A DNA stretch of 64,000 nt from Acidobacteriota bacterium (lineage in GTDB: Bacteria; Acidobacteriota; Thermoanaerobaculia; Multivoradales; UBA5704): NCBI GenBank assembly GCA_040349255.1, contig JBEQUE010000010.1, positions 68,216 through 132,215 on the forward strand, written 5' to 3'. Shown here piece after piece: positions 23,829 through 33,743 of this stretch (position 1 is the first letter of the stretch; every line of letters starts with the position of its first letter). The notes under the pieces were generated by a model, which ran no database searches, was not told where the DNA came from, and saw only the letters and a list, made by a program, of their open reading frames with translations. The translations under genes were made by a program, and so were the position numbers.

Positions 23829-26177
23829 TTACGGCTGGGCCGTGGAGCTCCGTCCGGTCAGGTCCAGGAAGGTACCGACGTTCTTGAGGCTCAGCGAGAA
23901 GCGGATGTCCTTGTCGCGCGTGCGAGGGCCGACGCCGGCCTTGAAGTCCCGCAGCTCCAGACGGAGTCCGTAGCACTGCTGGTTGAAATTGATGATGTAG
24001 CGCTGCTGCTGGAGGAGCTTCAGCTCCACGTCGTAGTTGATCTGCCCGTCCACCCGGATGTTCCTGAACAGCCCGATCGAGCCGCCGAAACGGATCTGGT
24101 TGCTCAGCGTCTCCGAGGTCTCGGGCCGGAAGCGGGTGAACCAGGAGAGGGCCAGGTTGTTGCCCTTGCCCACGCCCAGCTCGCCGGACAGCTCGGTCGA
24201 CTGGAGGCCGCTGAACAGCGTGCTGTAGTCCGCCTCCAGCTTGACGCTCGTCCGGTCCGTCGGGCTGAGCCGCATCAGGGCCTCGAGCGGCCCTTCCGTG
24301 GACTGGACCAGGCCGTTCTGCGAAGTCTGGAGCGGCTGCGTGTCGTCGAAGCTGACGCGCCGGGCGAGCTCGAAGAGGAAGATCTCGCGCGCGCTCCCCT
24401 GCTCCTGCGGCTTGGCGAGGACGCGGTTGACCAGCGCCACCCGGCCCTGGTTGGTCGACTGCAGGTTGTCCACCTCGTCGAACAGGGGGAGGGCCAGGTC
24501 GTCGTCCACGTCGCCCAGGTAGGTCCAGGTGAAGCGCGGCTCCACGACGTGCTTGAGCTTGCTGAAGCCGAAGCCGCCGTTGAAGATGCGCGAGAAGGAC
24601 GGGCCCACGATCTCGGCGTTGCCGTAGGGCAGGATGCGGCTCTCGGTCTCGCCGGTGAACTCCTTGCGCGTGCTGTTCAGGCTGTCGCTGTACCAGGTGA
24701 AGCGCTCGCCGCCGCTGACCGAAAGAGAGAGCCAGGGCACCGAGCGGATCGGCAGCGTGAGCTGCGGGAAGGCGTCGAGGCGGCCGTACTGGCCCGCGTA
24801 GGCGCCGGGCCGGGTCAGGTCGAGGTACGACGCGGAGCCCTGGAACTGCGCGTAGAGCGGCAGCCGGCCGATGCGCGTGTTGCGCAGGCGGTACTCGACC
24901 TCCGGCAGCTTGACCTGCTGGACCGTGTCGTCGTTGACGTTCGTGCCGACGAAGGTCTCGCGGTCCTGGAGCAGGATGTTGAGCAGGTGCGGACCCCAGT
25001 TGCCGGTCACGAACGCGCGGCTGTCGATGAAGCGCAGGGTATTCCGATCGAAATCGCGCTCGAAGTCGCGGAAGAAGTTGAAATCCGAGAAGTCCTGGTA
25101 GTTGACCACGCCGCGCATGTTGAACGGCAGGTCGGTGGTCTCGTGGTTCCACTCGACCTTCCAGCGCCACTCCTCGTCGGTGGTCGACTCGGGGTCGCGC
25201 ACCGCGTAGCCGAGGAGCTGGCCGCGGGTCCCTTCGGACGGCCGGTAACGGAAGTCGTTGCCGATGCCCAGGAAGCTCTGGGTGAACAGGTCGAGGTGGA
25301 ACGTCGTGTCGTAGCTCTGGCCGAGGGTCTGGAACCAGGCCAGGCCGACCGAGGCGCCGCGGCGGTCCGAGTAGCCGATGTTCGGCACCAGGAAGCCGGA
25401 GGTGCGCTCGCTCTTGACCGGCCACAGGATGTACGGCGCATAGAAGACCGGTAGCTTCTTGGCCCGCATGGAGGCGTGCTTGACGTGGGCGTAGCCCTCG
25501 ACCTCGACCCGCGCCTGCGCCACGTGGAAGCTCCAGTCCGGCACCTCCTGGCTGCACGAGGTGAAGATGCCGTTCCGGACCGTGTACTCGTTCTCGCTGA
25601 TCTTGGCCAGCTCGGTGCCACTGAAGTAGTAGTCGGGCGTGACGTGCGCGGTCGCGTTGGTCAGCGTGCCGGTCTTGGTGTCGAGGTCGTAGGTCAGGGT
25701 GTCGCCGGCCATGCGGCGCGGCCCCTGGTCCACGATGACGTTGCCGGTCGCGGTGACGATCTTGGTCAGGAGGTCGATCTCGGCCTGGTCGGCCTGGAGG
25801 TCGACGTCCTGGTACTTGATCTTCACGTCGCCGGTGAGCACCGCGTAGGTGTCGCGCTTGTACTCCAGGTTGCCGGCGCTGCCCGAGGCGCTGCCGCCGC
25901 CCTGGTCGGCCGGGAACCTGAGCTGGAACTCGATCTTGTCCACGACCGGAGCCGGCGTCGCCGCAGGTGCGTTTGGCGACGGCGGCGCCTGGGCCGGTGC
26001 CGGGGTAGAAGCGGGAGCCGGGGTCGCCTCGGGAGTTGGCGTCGGAGTCGGTGTCGCCTCCGGGGCCGGGGTCTCGGATGGGGGAGTCGCCTGCGGCTCC
26101 TGTCCCGACGCCGGGGACGGAGGCAGGGCGGCCAGGGAGAGGGCCAGCAGCGGAAGAATCAGATGGCGTGAGCGCAT
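23829..26177 (-). CDS. lptD: LPS-assembly outer-membrane protein LptD (OstA family) with Pro/Thr/Ala-rich linker after the signal peptide
   Basis: MRSRHLILPLLALSLAALPPSPASG signal. OstA-N-like block (YAVLTGDVKIKYQDVDLQADQAEIDLLTKIVTATGNVIVDQG). Large beta-barrel region. ATG 26177 lies within the over-long ORF 23829..26513. Confidence 0.8.
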   Translation of the reverse strand: MRSRHLILPLLALSLAALPPSPASGQEPQATPPSETPAPEATPTPTPTPEATPAPASTPAPAQAPPSPNAPAATPAPVVDKIEFQLRFPADQGGGSASGSAGNLEYKRDTYAVLTGDVKIKYQDVDLQADQAEIDLLTKIVTATGNVIVDQGPRRMAGDTLTYDLDTKTGTLTNATAHVTPDYYFSGTELAKISENEYTVRNGIFTSCSQEVPDWSFHVAQARVEVEGYAHVKHASMRAKKLPVFYAPYILWPVKSERTSGFLVPNIGYSDRRGASVGLAWFQTLGQSYDTTFHLDLFTQSFLGIGNDFRYRPSEGTRGQLLGYAVRDPESTTDEEWRWKVEWNHETTDLPFNMRGVVNYQDFSDFNFFRDFERDFDRNTLRFIDSRAFVTGNWGPHLLNILLQDRETFVGTNVNDDTVQQVKLPEVEYRLRNTRIGRLPLYAQFQGSASYLDLTRPGAYAGQYGRLDAFPQLTLPIRSVPWLSLSVSGGERFTWYSDSLNSTRKEFTGETESRILPYGNAEIVGPSFSRIFNGGFGFSKLKHVVEPRFTWTYLGDVDDDLALPLFDEVDNLQSTNQGRVALVNRVLAKPQEQGSAREIFLFELARRVSFDDTQPLQTSQNGLVQSTEGPLEALMRLSPTDRTSVKLEADYSTLFSGLQSTELSGELGVGKGNNLALSWFTRFRPETSETLSNQIRFGGSIGLFRNIRVDGQINYDVELKLLQQQRYIINFNQQCYGLRLELRDFKAGVGPRTRDKDIRFSLSLKNVGTFLDLTGRSSTAQP

Positions 26178-26188
26178 GACCTGGGGCG

Positions 26189-27370
26189 TTAGTCTATGCG
26201 CTCCACCACCATCGCGGTAGCCTCTCCGCCGCCGATGCAGATCGCGGCGCAACCGAGGCGGGCGCCGCGCTCCTTCATGGCGGACAACAGGGTGACCAGG
26301 ATCCGGGCGCCGGAGCAGCCGATCGGGTGCCCGAGCGCCACGGCGCCGCCGCGGACGTTGACCCGGTCCGGGGCGAGCCCGAGGTCGCGGAGGAAGGCGA
26401 GCGCCACGACCGCGAAGGCCTCGTTGACCTCCCAGAGATCGATGTCGGCGGCCTTGAGGCCGGCGCGCTCCAGCACCGACTTCGCGGCGCCGACCGGCGC
26501 GGTCGTGAACCATTCCGGCTTCTGGGCCATCGAGGAGTGCGCGACGATGCGGGCGAGCGGCTTCTTCCCAAGCTTCGCGGCGTGCGCGGCGGTGGTCAGG
26601 ACCAGCGCGGCGGCGCCGTCGTTGATCTTCGAGGCGTTGGCCGCCGTCACCGTGCCGTCCTTCTGGAAGGCGGGCTTCAAGCCCGGCATCTTCGCCAGGT
26701 CGGACTTGAACGGCTCCTCGTCCTTGTCCACCATCACCGGGTCGCCCTTCCGCTGCGGCACGGGCACGGCCACGATCTCGTCCTTGGTGGCGCCGGACTC
26801 GGCGGCCTCGCGGGCGCGGCGGTAGCTCTCCACGGAGAAGGCGTCCTGCTCCTCGCGCCCGATCTTGTACTCCGACGCGCAGAGCTCGGCGCAGTTGCCC
26901 ATGTGGAGGTCGTTGTAGGGGTCCCAGAGACCGTCGTGGATCATGGAGTCGACCAGCCGGCCGTGGCCGAGGCGGAGGCCGTCGCGCACCCCGGCGGCGA
27001 GGTAGGGAGCCTGGCTCATGCTCTCCATGCCGCCGGCGGTGACGATCTGGAAATCGCCGCAGCGCAGGTCGTTGGCCGCGATCATGACCGCCCGCATGGC
27101 GGAGCCGCAGACCTTGTTGAGCGTGATGGCGCCGGTCGAGGGCGGGCAGCCGGCGGCGAGCGCGGCCTGGCGGGCCGGGGCCTGGCCCTGGCCGGCGGTC
27201 AGGACGCAGCCCATGTTGACCTGCTGGACGTCCTCGGGCGCGAGGCCCGCCCGCTCGACGGCCGAAGCGATGGCGCGCGCCCCGAGGGCGTGCGCGGGAA
27301 AGCCGGCCAGAGCGCCCTGGAAGGCTCCGATGGGCGTGCGGGCCGCGCTGAGGATGACGACGTCGTCCAT
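26189..27370 (-). CDS. Acetyl-CoA C-acetyltransferase (thiolase II)
   Basis: MDDVVILSAARTPIGAFQG, active-site NKVCGSAMRAV, NEAFAVV, GHPIGCSGARI and CIGGGEA. AGGAG RBS before ATG 27370. Confidence 0.9.
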   Translation of the reverse strand: MDDVVILSAARTPIGAFQGALAGFPAHALGARAIASAVERAGLAPEDVQQVNMGCVLTAGQGQAPARQAALAAGCPPSTGAITLNKVCGSAMRAVMIAANDLRCGDFQIVTAGGMESMSQAPYLAAGVRDGLRLGHGRLVDSMIHDGLWDPYNDLHMGNCAELCASEYKIGREEQDAFSVESYRRAREAAESGATKDEIVAVPVPQRKGDPVMVDKDEEPFKSDLAKMPGLKPAFQKDGTVTAANASKINDGAAALVLTTAAHAAKLGKKPLARIVAHSSMAQKPEWFTTAPVGAAKSVLERAGLKAADIDLWEVNEAFAVVALAFLRDLGLAPDRVNVRGGAVALGHPIGCSGARILVTLLSAMKERGARLGCAAICIGGGEATAMVVERID

Positions 27371-27480
27371 GAAATCTCCTGGAGATGGAATGCCGAAGGC
27401 AGCCGTCCCGGCTGGTGGACGGGCCGGCATGCTAGCACAGGTGGCGTCCATGGCCTGTCGCCCTCTACAATGCCCCCTCT

Positions 27481-27897
27481 ATGGCCAGGTTCCTGGGAAT
27501 CGACTTCGGCGAAGCGCGGATCGGGCTGGCCATCTCGGACCCGGATGGGCGCTTCGCCGTGCCCCTCACCACCCTGGAGCGGCGCAACGATCGCTCGGCG
27601 GTGCGGGCCATCGCCGAGATCGCCCGTCAGGAGAGCGTCGAGCGCCTGGTCCTCGGCGAGCCGCTCAGCCTGGGCGGCGAGCGGGGGCCGAACGCCGACC
27701 GGGTGCGGCGGTTCGGCGAGCGGCTGGCCGAGGCCAGCGGTCTGCCGGTAAGGTTCGTCAACGAGTCGCTGACCACGGTCGAGGCCCAGGAGCGCATGCG
27801 GGAAGCCGGCCTCGACCCCCGCAAGGACCCGGCCCGGATCGACGCCGTGGCCGCCCAGATCCTCCTCCAGGAGGCGCTGGACACGGATCAGCGATAA
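27481..27897 (+). CDS. ruvX: Holliday-junction-resolvase-like nuclease RuvX/YqgF
   Basis: MARFLGIDFGEARIGLAISDPDG...LVLGEPLSLGGERGPNADRVRRFGERL...DERLTT-like...DAVAAQILLQ are canonical YqgF blocks. Confidence 0.9.
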   Translation: MARFLGIDFGEARIGLAISDPDGRFAVPLTTLERRNDRSAVRAIAEIARQESVERLVLGEPLSLGGERGPNADRVRRFGERLAEASGLPVRFVNESLTTVEAQERMREAGLDPRKDPARIDAVAAQILLQEALDTDQR

Positions 27898-27937
27898 CCC
27901 GCGATAATCTGCGTAACCTGCGACAAGGAGAAACGGT

Positions 27938-29038
27938 TTGGCCAAGGGGAAGCCGCGCAGCTCGAAGCGCCAGAAGGGGACCTGGAAACGGGTGCTCCTC
28001 GGCCTCATGGTGCTCGTGGGCCTCCTCCTGATCCCGCTCGGCATGCTCGGCTGGTCGTGGCTCAAGCTCCAGCGGCCCTACAAGGGCTACCCCGGCGGCG
28101 AGACCATCGTCCAGATCGAGCCCGGCCTGGGCGCCAGCCAGATCCTCACGCTCCTCCAGGACAAGGGGGTCCTGCCCGACGCCAAGCTCGCCCGCTCCTA
28201 CCTGATCTACTTCATGGACGACCCCAAGATCCAGGCCGGCGAGTACCGCTTCCGCGGCCCGCTCACCACGCCGCAGGTCCTCCGGATGCTGGCGCGCGGC
28301 GACGTCCTCACCCACTCCGTCACCCTGGTCGAGGGCCTCACCCTCGAAGAGACCGCGGACCAGCTCGCGCGGGCGGGGTACGGCCGGAAACAGGCCTTCC
28401 TCGACCTCATGCGCAGCCCCGAGCTGGTCGCCGACCTCGACCCCGACGCGCACGACCTCGAAGGCTTCCTCTTCCCGGAGACCTACTCGTTCGCCAAGGA
28501 CGTGAACGAGCGCACCATCGTCCAGACCCTGGTCAAGACCTTCCGCGCCCGCTTCGAGAGAGACGTCCGGCCGATCCTGGATGAAAACCCCGGCCGCAGC
28601 GTGCGCCAGGTCCTCACCCTGGCCAGCATCGTGGAAAAGGAGGCCCAGGTGGCCTCCGAGCGCCCGCTCATCGCCGCGGTCTACCGCAACCGGCTCGACC
28701 GCGGCATCGGCCTCGGGGCCGACCCGACCGTCATCTACGCCCTGAAGCGCGCCGGCCGGTGGAACGGCAACATCCGGCGGGACGACCTGCGCATGGACTC
28801 GCCCTACAACACCTACCGCTACGCGGGCCTGCCGCCCGGCCCGATCTGCTCGCCCGGCCTCGCCAGCCTGGTCGCCGCCGCCCGGCCTGCCGACGTGCCC
28901 TACCTCTACTTCGTCAGCCGGAACAACGGCACTCACGTCTTCGCCGAGACCCTCGCCGAGCACAACCGGAACGTCGAGCAGTGGCAGCGCCGCTACTGGC
29001 GGGAGCGGCGCGCCGCGGAGCGCTCCGCCGGCCGCTAG
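27938..29038 (+). CDS. mltG: Endolytic murein transglycosylase MltG (YceG-like)
   Basis: N-terminal TM helix. YRFRGPLTTPQVLRML, LASIVEKEA, VYRNRL, LGADPTVIYAL and YNTYRYAGLPPGPICSPG. TTG start with an AAGGAG RBS 7 nt upstream. Confidence 0.9.
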   Translation: MAKGKPRSSKRQKGTWKRVLLGLMVLVGLLLIPLGMLGWSWLKLQRPYKGYPGGETIVQIEPGLGASQILTLLQDKGVLPDAKLARSYLIYFMDDPKIQAGEYRFRGPLTTPQVLRMLARGDVLTHSVTLVEGLTLEETADQLARAGYGRKQAFLDLMRSPELVADLDPDAHDLEGFLFPETYSFAKDVNERTIVQTLVKTFRARFERDVRPILDENPGRSVRQVLTLASIVEKEAQVASERPLIAAVYRNRLDRGIGLGADPTVIYALKRAGRWNGNIRRDDLRMDSPYNTYRYAGLPPGPICSPGLASLVAAARPADVPYLYFVSRNNGTHVFAETLAEHNRNVEQWQRRYWRERRAAERSAGR

Positions 29039-29152
29039 ATTTGACAGTCGGCCTGTCCTGGGTGTATCAAGCCCTCAGCAACCCGTGTCAGCGATCCTGG
29101 TGCAGCGACGTATTGGCGTACCCGTAGTGCGCAGGTCCCGAGAGGAGGCTGG

Positions 29153-31075
29153 ATGAACATCCCGGAAGAGTTTGGGAAGTACCTGCTTCTCAAGAAACTG
29201 ACTGAAGATCCACTCGGAGAGACATTCCGGGCCGGTAGAGTCGGCAAGGAAGGGATGGAGCAGGTCGTCCTGCTCCGCGTCTTCAACGGCAAGGGGGTCG
29301 ACGGCGAGAAGCTCTGGCAGAAGGCGTCGGGGCGGGCCGCGGTCCAGCAGGCCCTGAAGAGCCCGAACATCGGCAGCGGCGTCGACCTGGGCCGGGTGCG
29401 CAGCTTCCCCTACGCAGCCTACGACTACATCTCGGGCAAGAACCTGTCGGCGCTGATGGCGCAGGCGAACAAGCAGCTCTCGCCCATCCCGGCCGACCAC
29501 GCGCTGCTGATCGCCGAGCGCATCGCCCTCGCCCTGGCCGCGGCCCACGAGACCCGGGTCCAGGACGAGCGGCTCACGCACGGCTTCGTGGTCCCGCAGC
29601 TCGTCATGATCTCGAACGAGGGCGAGACCCGTCTCCTCGGCTTCGAGGCCGGCCCCGGCCTGCGCTCGCTCGCCGCCGCCGGCTGGCAGGACGCGGCGCT
29701 CCGGCCGTACCTGTCGCCGGAGACCTTCGACGGCGCGCCGCCGTCCAAGGCCGACGACGTCTTCTCCCTCGGCGCGATCCTCTTCGAGCTGCTGACCGGC
29801 GAGCGCCTGCCCGCGGGCACGCCCGAGACCTGGGCGACGGCGGTCGACACCGCCAGCCTGCCGAACGAGGGCACGCCGCTGCCGGCGCCCGTCGCCGGCC
29901 TGCTCAAGAAGAGCCTCGTGGGCCGCGACCAGCGCATCGCGGACGTCGCCACCTGGCACAAGACGCTGTCCAAGCTGATGATCGACGGCCACTACAGCGC
30001 CACGACCTTCAACCTCGCCTTCTTCATGCACAACCTCTTCCGCGACGAGATCGAGCGGGAGAACCAGGAGATCCAGGCCGAGAAGAAGCTCGAGCTGCCG
30101 AAGCCGAAGCCGGCGCCCGTCGCGGCCCCGGTCCCGGCGGCGGCCGAGACGCGGGAGGCCGCGGCGGTCCGCAACGACACCACCCTCTCCGGCACGCGGT
30201 CGCAGGCCGCGGCGCCGAAGTCGAAGACCGGGCTCTGGATCGGCCTCGCCGCCGCCGTGCTGGTGGCCGCCGGCGTCGGCGGCTATCTCATGATGTCGGG
30301 CGGCATGCCGGGGAGCGCCGGCGCCCAGCCGACGCCCACCCCGGCTCCTGCCGTCCAGCCCGCCGCGATGCCGGGCGGCATGCAGCCCACGCCGATGCCC
30401 GCCGGCCCGACCCCCGAGGAGCTCCAGGCGCAGATCCAGGCCATGATCGCGGCCCAGAGCAAGGACGTCGAGAACAAGCTCAAGGACCAGTACGACGACC
30501 AGCTCAAGAAGCTGCAGCAGCAGCTCGAGGAAAGCCGCCGGGCCGCCGCCGAGCAGGAGCGGCTGGCGCAGATGCCCGCGCGCCAGCCCGAGAAGACGAT
30601 ACCCGCCGATCCTCCGCCGGCCCCGGTCGAGGCCAAGCCGACGCCGAAGCCGGAGCCTCCCGCCGCGGCGCCCGCCGTGTCGGCGCCCCAGCCGACGCCC
30701 GAGCCGCAGCGGGTGACGGAGCCGGTGCAGCAGGCGCCCGCACCCGTGCAGGCGCCCGTCCGCAAGGTCCAGTTCGGCGACCTCGTCAGCCCCGGACCGG
30801 GCGTTACCCAGCCGCGCCTGACCTCGCGCCTCGACCCGCGCTACCCATCCGCCGCACAGCGGCTCAACAAGGCCGCCCAGATCGACATCAAGGTGCTGGT
30901 GGACGAGAACGGCCGCGTGACGGACGCCCAGAGGTCCGGCGCCAAGGCCGGCTTCGGCTTCGACGAGGCCGCCCTCGATGCCGCCCGCCGCGCCATCTTC
31001 ACGCCGGCCACCAAGGACGGCGTGCGGGTCAAGATGTGGGCCACGATCCGGGTGGCGTTCCAGCCCGGCCGGTAG
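29153..31075 (+). CDS. Pseudokinase domain - TM helix - Pro/Ala-rich linker - TonB C-terminal domain fusion protein
   Basis: N-terminal protein-kinase-like fold with degenerate catalytic motifs (no Gly-loop, HGF instead of HRD, GFE instead of DFG, but SPE retained). TM segment LWIGLAAAVLVAAGVGGYLMM. C-terminal LDPRYPSAAQRLNKAAQIDIKVLVDENGRVTDAQ...FDEAALDAARRAIFTPATKDGVRVKMW matches TonB_C. Confidence 0.75.
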   Translation: MNIPEEFGKYLLLKKLTEDPLGETFRAGRVGKEGMEQVVLLRVFNGKGVDGEKLWQKASGRAAVQQALKSPNIGSGVDLGRVRSFPYAAYDYISGKNLSALMAQANKQLSPIPADHALLIAERIALALAAAHETRVQDERLTHGFVVPQLVMISNEGETRLLGFEAGPGLRSLAAAGWQDAALRPYLSPETFDGAPPSKADDVFSLGAILFELLTGERLPAGTPETWATAVDTASLPNEGTPLPAPVAGLLKKSLVGRDQRIADVATWHKTLSKLMIDGHYSATTFNLAFFMHNLFRDEIERENQEIQAEKKLELPKPKPAPVAAPVPAAAETREAAAVRNDTTLSGTRSQAAAPKSKTGLWIGLAAAVLVAAGVGGYLMMSGGMPGSAGAQPTPTPAPAVQPAAMPGGMQPTPMPAGPTPEELQAQIQAMIAAQSKDVENKLKDQYDDQLKKLQQQLEESRRAAAEQERLAQMPARQPEKTIPADPPPAPVEAKPTPKPEPPAAAPAVSAPQPTPEPQRVTEPVQQAPAPVQAPVRKVQFGDLVSPGPGVTQPRLTSRLDPRYPSAAQRLNKAAQIDIKVLVDENGRVTDAQRSGAKAGFGFDEAALDAARRAIFTPATKDGVRVKMWATIRVAFQPGR

Positions 31076-31098
31076 ACGGGTCGCGACGCTCGCGCAGG

Positions 31099-31133
31099 AA
31101 AACCGCCCGGCCTCGCGCCGGGCGGTTTTTCTT
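31099..31133 (+). terminator. Rho-independent terminator
   Basis: AAAA, CCGCCCGGC (31103-31111), CTCGC loop, GCCGGGCGG (31117-31125), TTTTTCTT. Lies 24 nt after the stop at 31075. Confidence 0.75.
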
Positions 31134-31172
31134 CCAGGCCCCTGCAGAGCCGTTCCGCCACAGGAGTCTTGC

Positions 31173-33743
31173 GTGCCTGAGATACCTCGGCAGGTCGGGC
31201 CCTACAACATCCTCGGACTGCTCGGCGAGGGCGGCATGGGCGAGGTGTTCCTGGCCTACGACGAGCGCCTGGACCGGAAGGTCGCCGTCAAGCGGGTCCG
31301 CGGCGGCGACCTCTCCGCGAACCGGCGCCAGCGGCTCCAGCGCGAGGCGCAGATGGCTGCCCAGCTCAGCCATCCCGCCATCGTCCAGGTCCACGACTTC
31401 GTCGCCGAGGGCGGGACCGACCACATCGTCATGGAGTATGTGGACGGGCCGAGCCTGAGGAGACTCCTCAGGTCCGGCCCGATGTCTCCGGGCCGAGCCC
31501 TGCCCCTGGCCTGCGAGATCGCCGCCGGGCTCGCCGAAGCGCACCGGATGGGCGTGATCCATCGCGACCTGAAAGCCGAGAACGTCCTCATCACACCCAT
31601 GGGCCATGCCAAGATCGCGGACTTCGGCCTCGCCCGAAGGCTCGACGGCGACGATCGGCTGACCGCCAGCAACGCCGTCCTCGGCACCTACCGGACCATG
31701 TCTCCGGAGCAGGCCCGGGGCGAGCCCGCGAGCTATCGCTCCGACCTCTTCTCCTTCGGCGTCCTGCTCTACGAGATGCTGAGCGGCCGGTCGCCGTTCC
31801 AGGCGGAAAACGGGCTCGCCACCCTGCAGCGCATCACCTCCTTCGATCCGCCGCCGCTCTCGGAGGCCGCTTCCGACCTCCCGACGGAGCTTTCGGCGCT
31901 CGTCGAGCGCCTGATGCGGAAGGAGCCGGACCGCCGGCCGGCCAGCGCCCTGGACGTCCTGAAGGACCTCGAGGAGATGGCCCGGGGAGTGCCCCGGGAG
32001 GAGCCGAGCTGGTTCGCGGCCACCACCCTCCTCTCCCAGCCTGCCGGGATGGAGCGGCCCTCGGGCACACCGTCTGCGCGTCGCTTCCGGGCTCCCGGCA
32101 TCGCGTGGAGCGCCTCCCTGGCGATCACCCTCGCGGCGATCGGGCTCTATCTCGCGCTGCGGCTGCCCGCCGCGCCGCTCTACGTGGCGGTGATCCGGCC
32201 CGAGATCGTGGCTCCGGAGATCGACGCCAGCCAGATTGAAATCCTGGCATCGGGGGTCCGGACCGCCGCCCTGCGCGGCCTGGTGTCGCTCAAGGGCATC
32301 TCGCCCATGGGGAGCAAGGAGGTCGACGACATCGAGGGCTCTCCGACCGCGGTCGCGCGAGCGGTCTCGGCCGACGAGATCCTCGCCAGCCGGCTCGACT
32401 GCCGGCGCGAGCTCTGCCAGGCCACCTTGAGCCGGCTGCGGGGAACCGACGGCAGCGTCGTCCAGGTGGAGAGCTTCGAGGTCCCGGTCGACGACGTGGC
32501 CGTGATGTCCAACATCCTCGCCGGCCAGATCCGGCGGATCTTCTCCGACTACGAGGTCCGCGAAGGCAGCCCCGATATCGAGGCGAGCGGCGCCGATGTC
32601 CGAGAGTTCCTGGAGCTCCGGCGCCGGTTCGACGCCCGGAGCGAGCCTTCCACCGACCAGATCCTCGCGCAACTCGCCGAGATCCGGAAGCGCTCGCCTC
32701 GCTTCCTCGACGCTTACCTGCTGGAAGCGGAGGTCTCCTACTTCCGGTACCACTTGGCGCTCGATCCCAAGGACCGGGATCACGCGGTTGTCCTCATTCG
32801 GCAGGCCCGCAGGATCGACTCGGGAAATCCACAACCGCTGTTCATCCTGATCGATCTCGCCTTGATCGACAACGATGTCAAGAAAGCCGAAACGGCCCTG
32901 GCCGAGCTCGAAACGATCGTCCCGGGAGATGCCCGGATCCTGGACCGGAAGGCCCGGATCCTCACCGCCCGGGGCCGGACCGCGGAAGCCGTCGAGTTGC
33001 TCGAGCGCTCGGTCCGCCTACGGCCGGACTGGAAGCGGCTCTACAATCTTGCCTTCCTCGAATACCGGCACGGCAGCGTCCCCGAGGCGCGGCAGAATCT
33101 CGCCCGGCTCCTCGACATCGCGCCGGGAAACATTTACGGGCTCTCTCTGCTGGGCGAGATCGAGCTGACGAACGGCGACCTGAACGAAGCGGTCCGGCGC
33201 TATGGCGAGTTGGTCCGCCGCTCCAGCTCGCCAAACCGGCTTTCCAACCTCGGGCTCGCCCATCTGCTCCTGCACGACTACCGGCGCGCGGCCGGGATCT
33301 TCCAGGAGGTTGTGGAGAGCGCCCCCACGAACTCCGTCTTCGTCCTGAATCTTGCGGACGCCTGCCTCCTCCTTGGCAGGAGGGAGGAGGCTCGACGTCA
33401 CTACCAGCGCGTGATCGAGCTGAACGGGCCCAGGCCCGGCGACGAACCGGAGCTCGCGAGCGCCACGGCTCAGGCCCTGGCCCACCTCGGACGCGGCCAG
33501 GAGGCCGTGACCGTCATTCGCGAAGTCGAGCGGCTGGCGCCGGACGACGTCGGCGTAGCCTATGCCGGGGCGGTCGTCTATGCGACCCTCGGCGAAGAGA
33601 GCTCAGCCCTGGTCAGCATCGAGAAGGCTCGGAAACTGGGTTACCAGCCGCGCTGGTTCACCTTTTCCTGGTTCAACGGGCTGGAGCACAGGCCCGAGTT
33701 CCAGGCAATGCTTCGACAGGATTCTCCGATGCGTCGTGACTAG
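31173..33743 (+). CDS. Membrane Ser/Thr protein kinase with extracytoplasmic Cys-pair domain and C-terminal TPR repeats (paralog 1)
   Basis: GEGGMGEVFLAYDERLDRKVAVKRV, HRDLKAENVLI, DFGLAR and GTYRTMSPEQARGEP. One TM helix (WSASLAITLAAIGLYLAL). TPR-like C-terminal half. GTG 31173 with AGGAG 7 nt upstream, within ORF 30978..33743. Confidence 0.85.
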   Translation: MPEIPRQVGPYNILGLLGEGGMGEVFLAYDERLDRKVAVKRVRGGDLSANRRQRLQREAQMAAQLSHPAIVQVHDFVAEGGTDHIVMEYVDGPSLRRLLRSGPMSPGRALPLACEIAAGLAEAHRMGVIHRDLKAENVLITPMGHAKIADFGLARRLDGDDRLTASNAVLGTYRTMSPEQARGEPASYRSDLFSFGVLLYEMLSGRSPFQAENGLATLQRITSFDPPPLSEAASDLPTELSALVERLMRKEPDRRPASALDVLKDLEEMARGVPREEPSWFAATTLLSQPAGMERPSGTPSARRFRAPGIAWSASLAITLAAIGLYLALRLPAAPLYVAVIRPEIVAPEIDASQIEILASGVRTAALRGLVSLKGISPMGSKEVDDIEGSPTAVARAVSADEILASRLDCRRELCQATLSRLRGTDGSVVQVESFEVPVDDVAVMSNILAGQIRRIFSDYEVREGSPDIEASGADVREFLELRRRFDARSEPSTDQILAQLAEIRKRSPRFLDAYLLEAEVSYFRYHLALDPKDRDHAVVLIRQARRIDSGNPQPLFILIDLALIDNDVKKAETALAELETIVPGDARILDRKARILTARGRTAEAVELLERSVRLRPDWKRLYNLAFLEYRHGSVPEARQNLARLLDIAPGNIYGLSLLGEIELTNGDLNEAVRRYGELVRRSSSPNRLSNLGLAHLLLHDYRRAAGIFQEVVESAPTNSVFVLNLADACLLLGRREEARRHYQRVIELNGPRPGDEPELASATAQALAHLGRGQEAVTVIREVERLAPDDVGVAYAGAVVYATLGEESSALVSIEKARKLGYQPRWFTFSWFNGLEHRPEFQAMLRQDSPMRRD

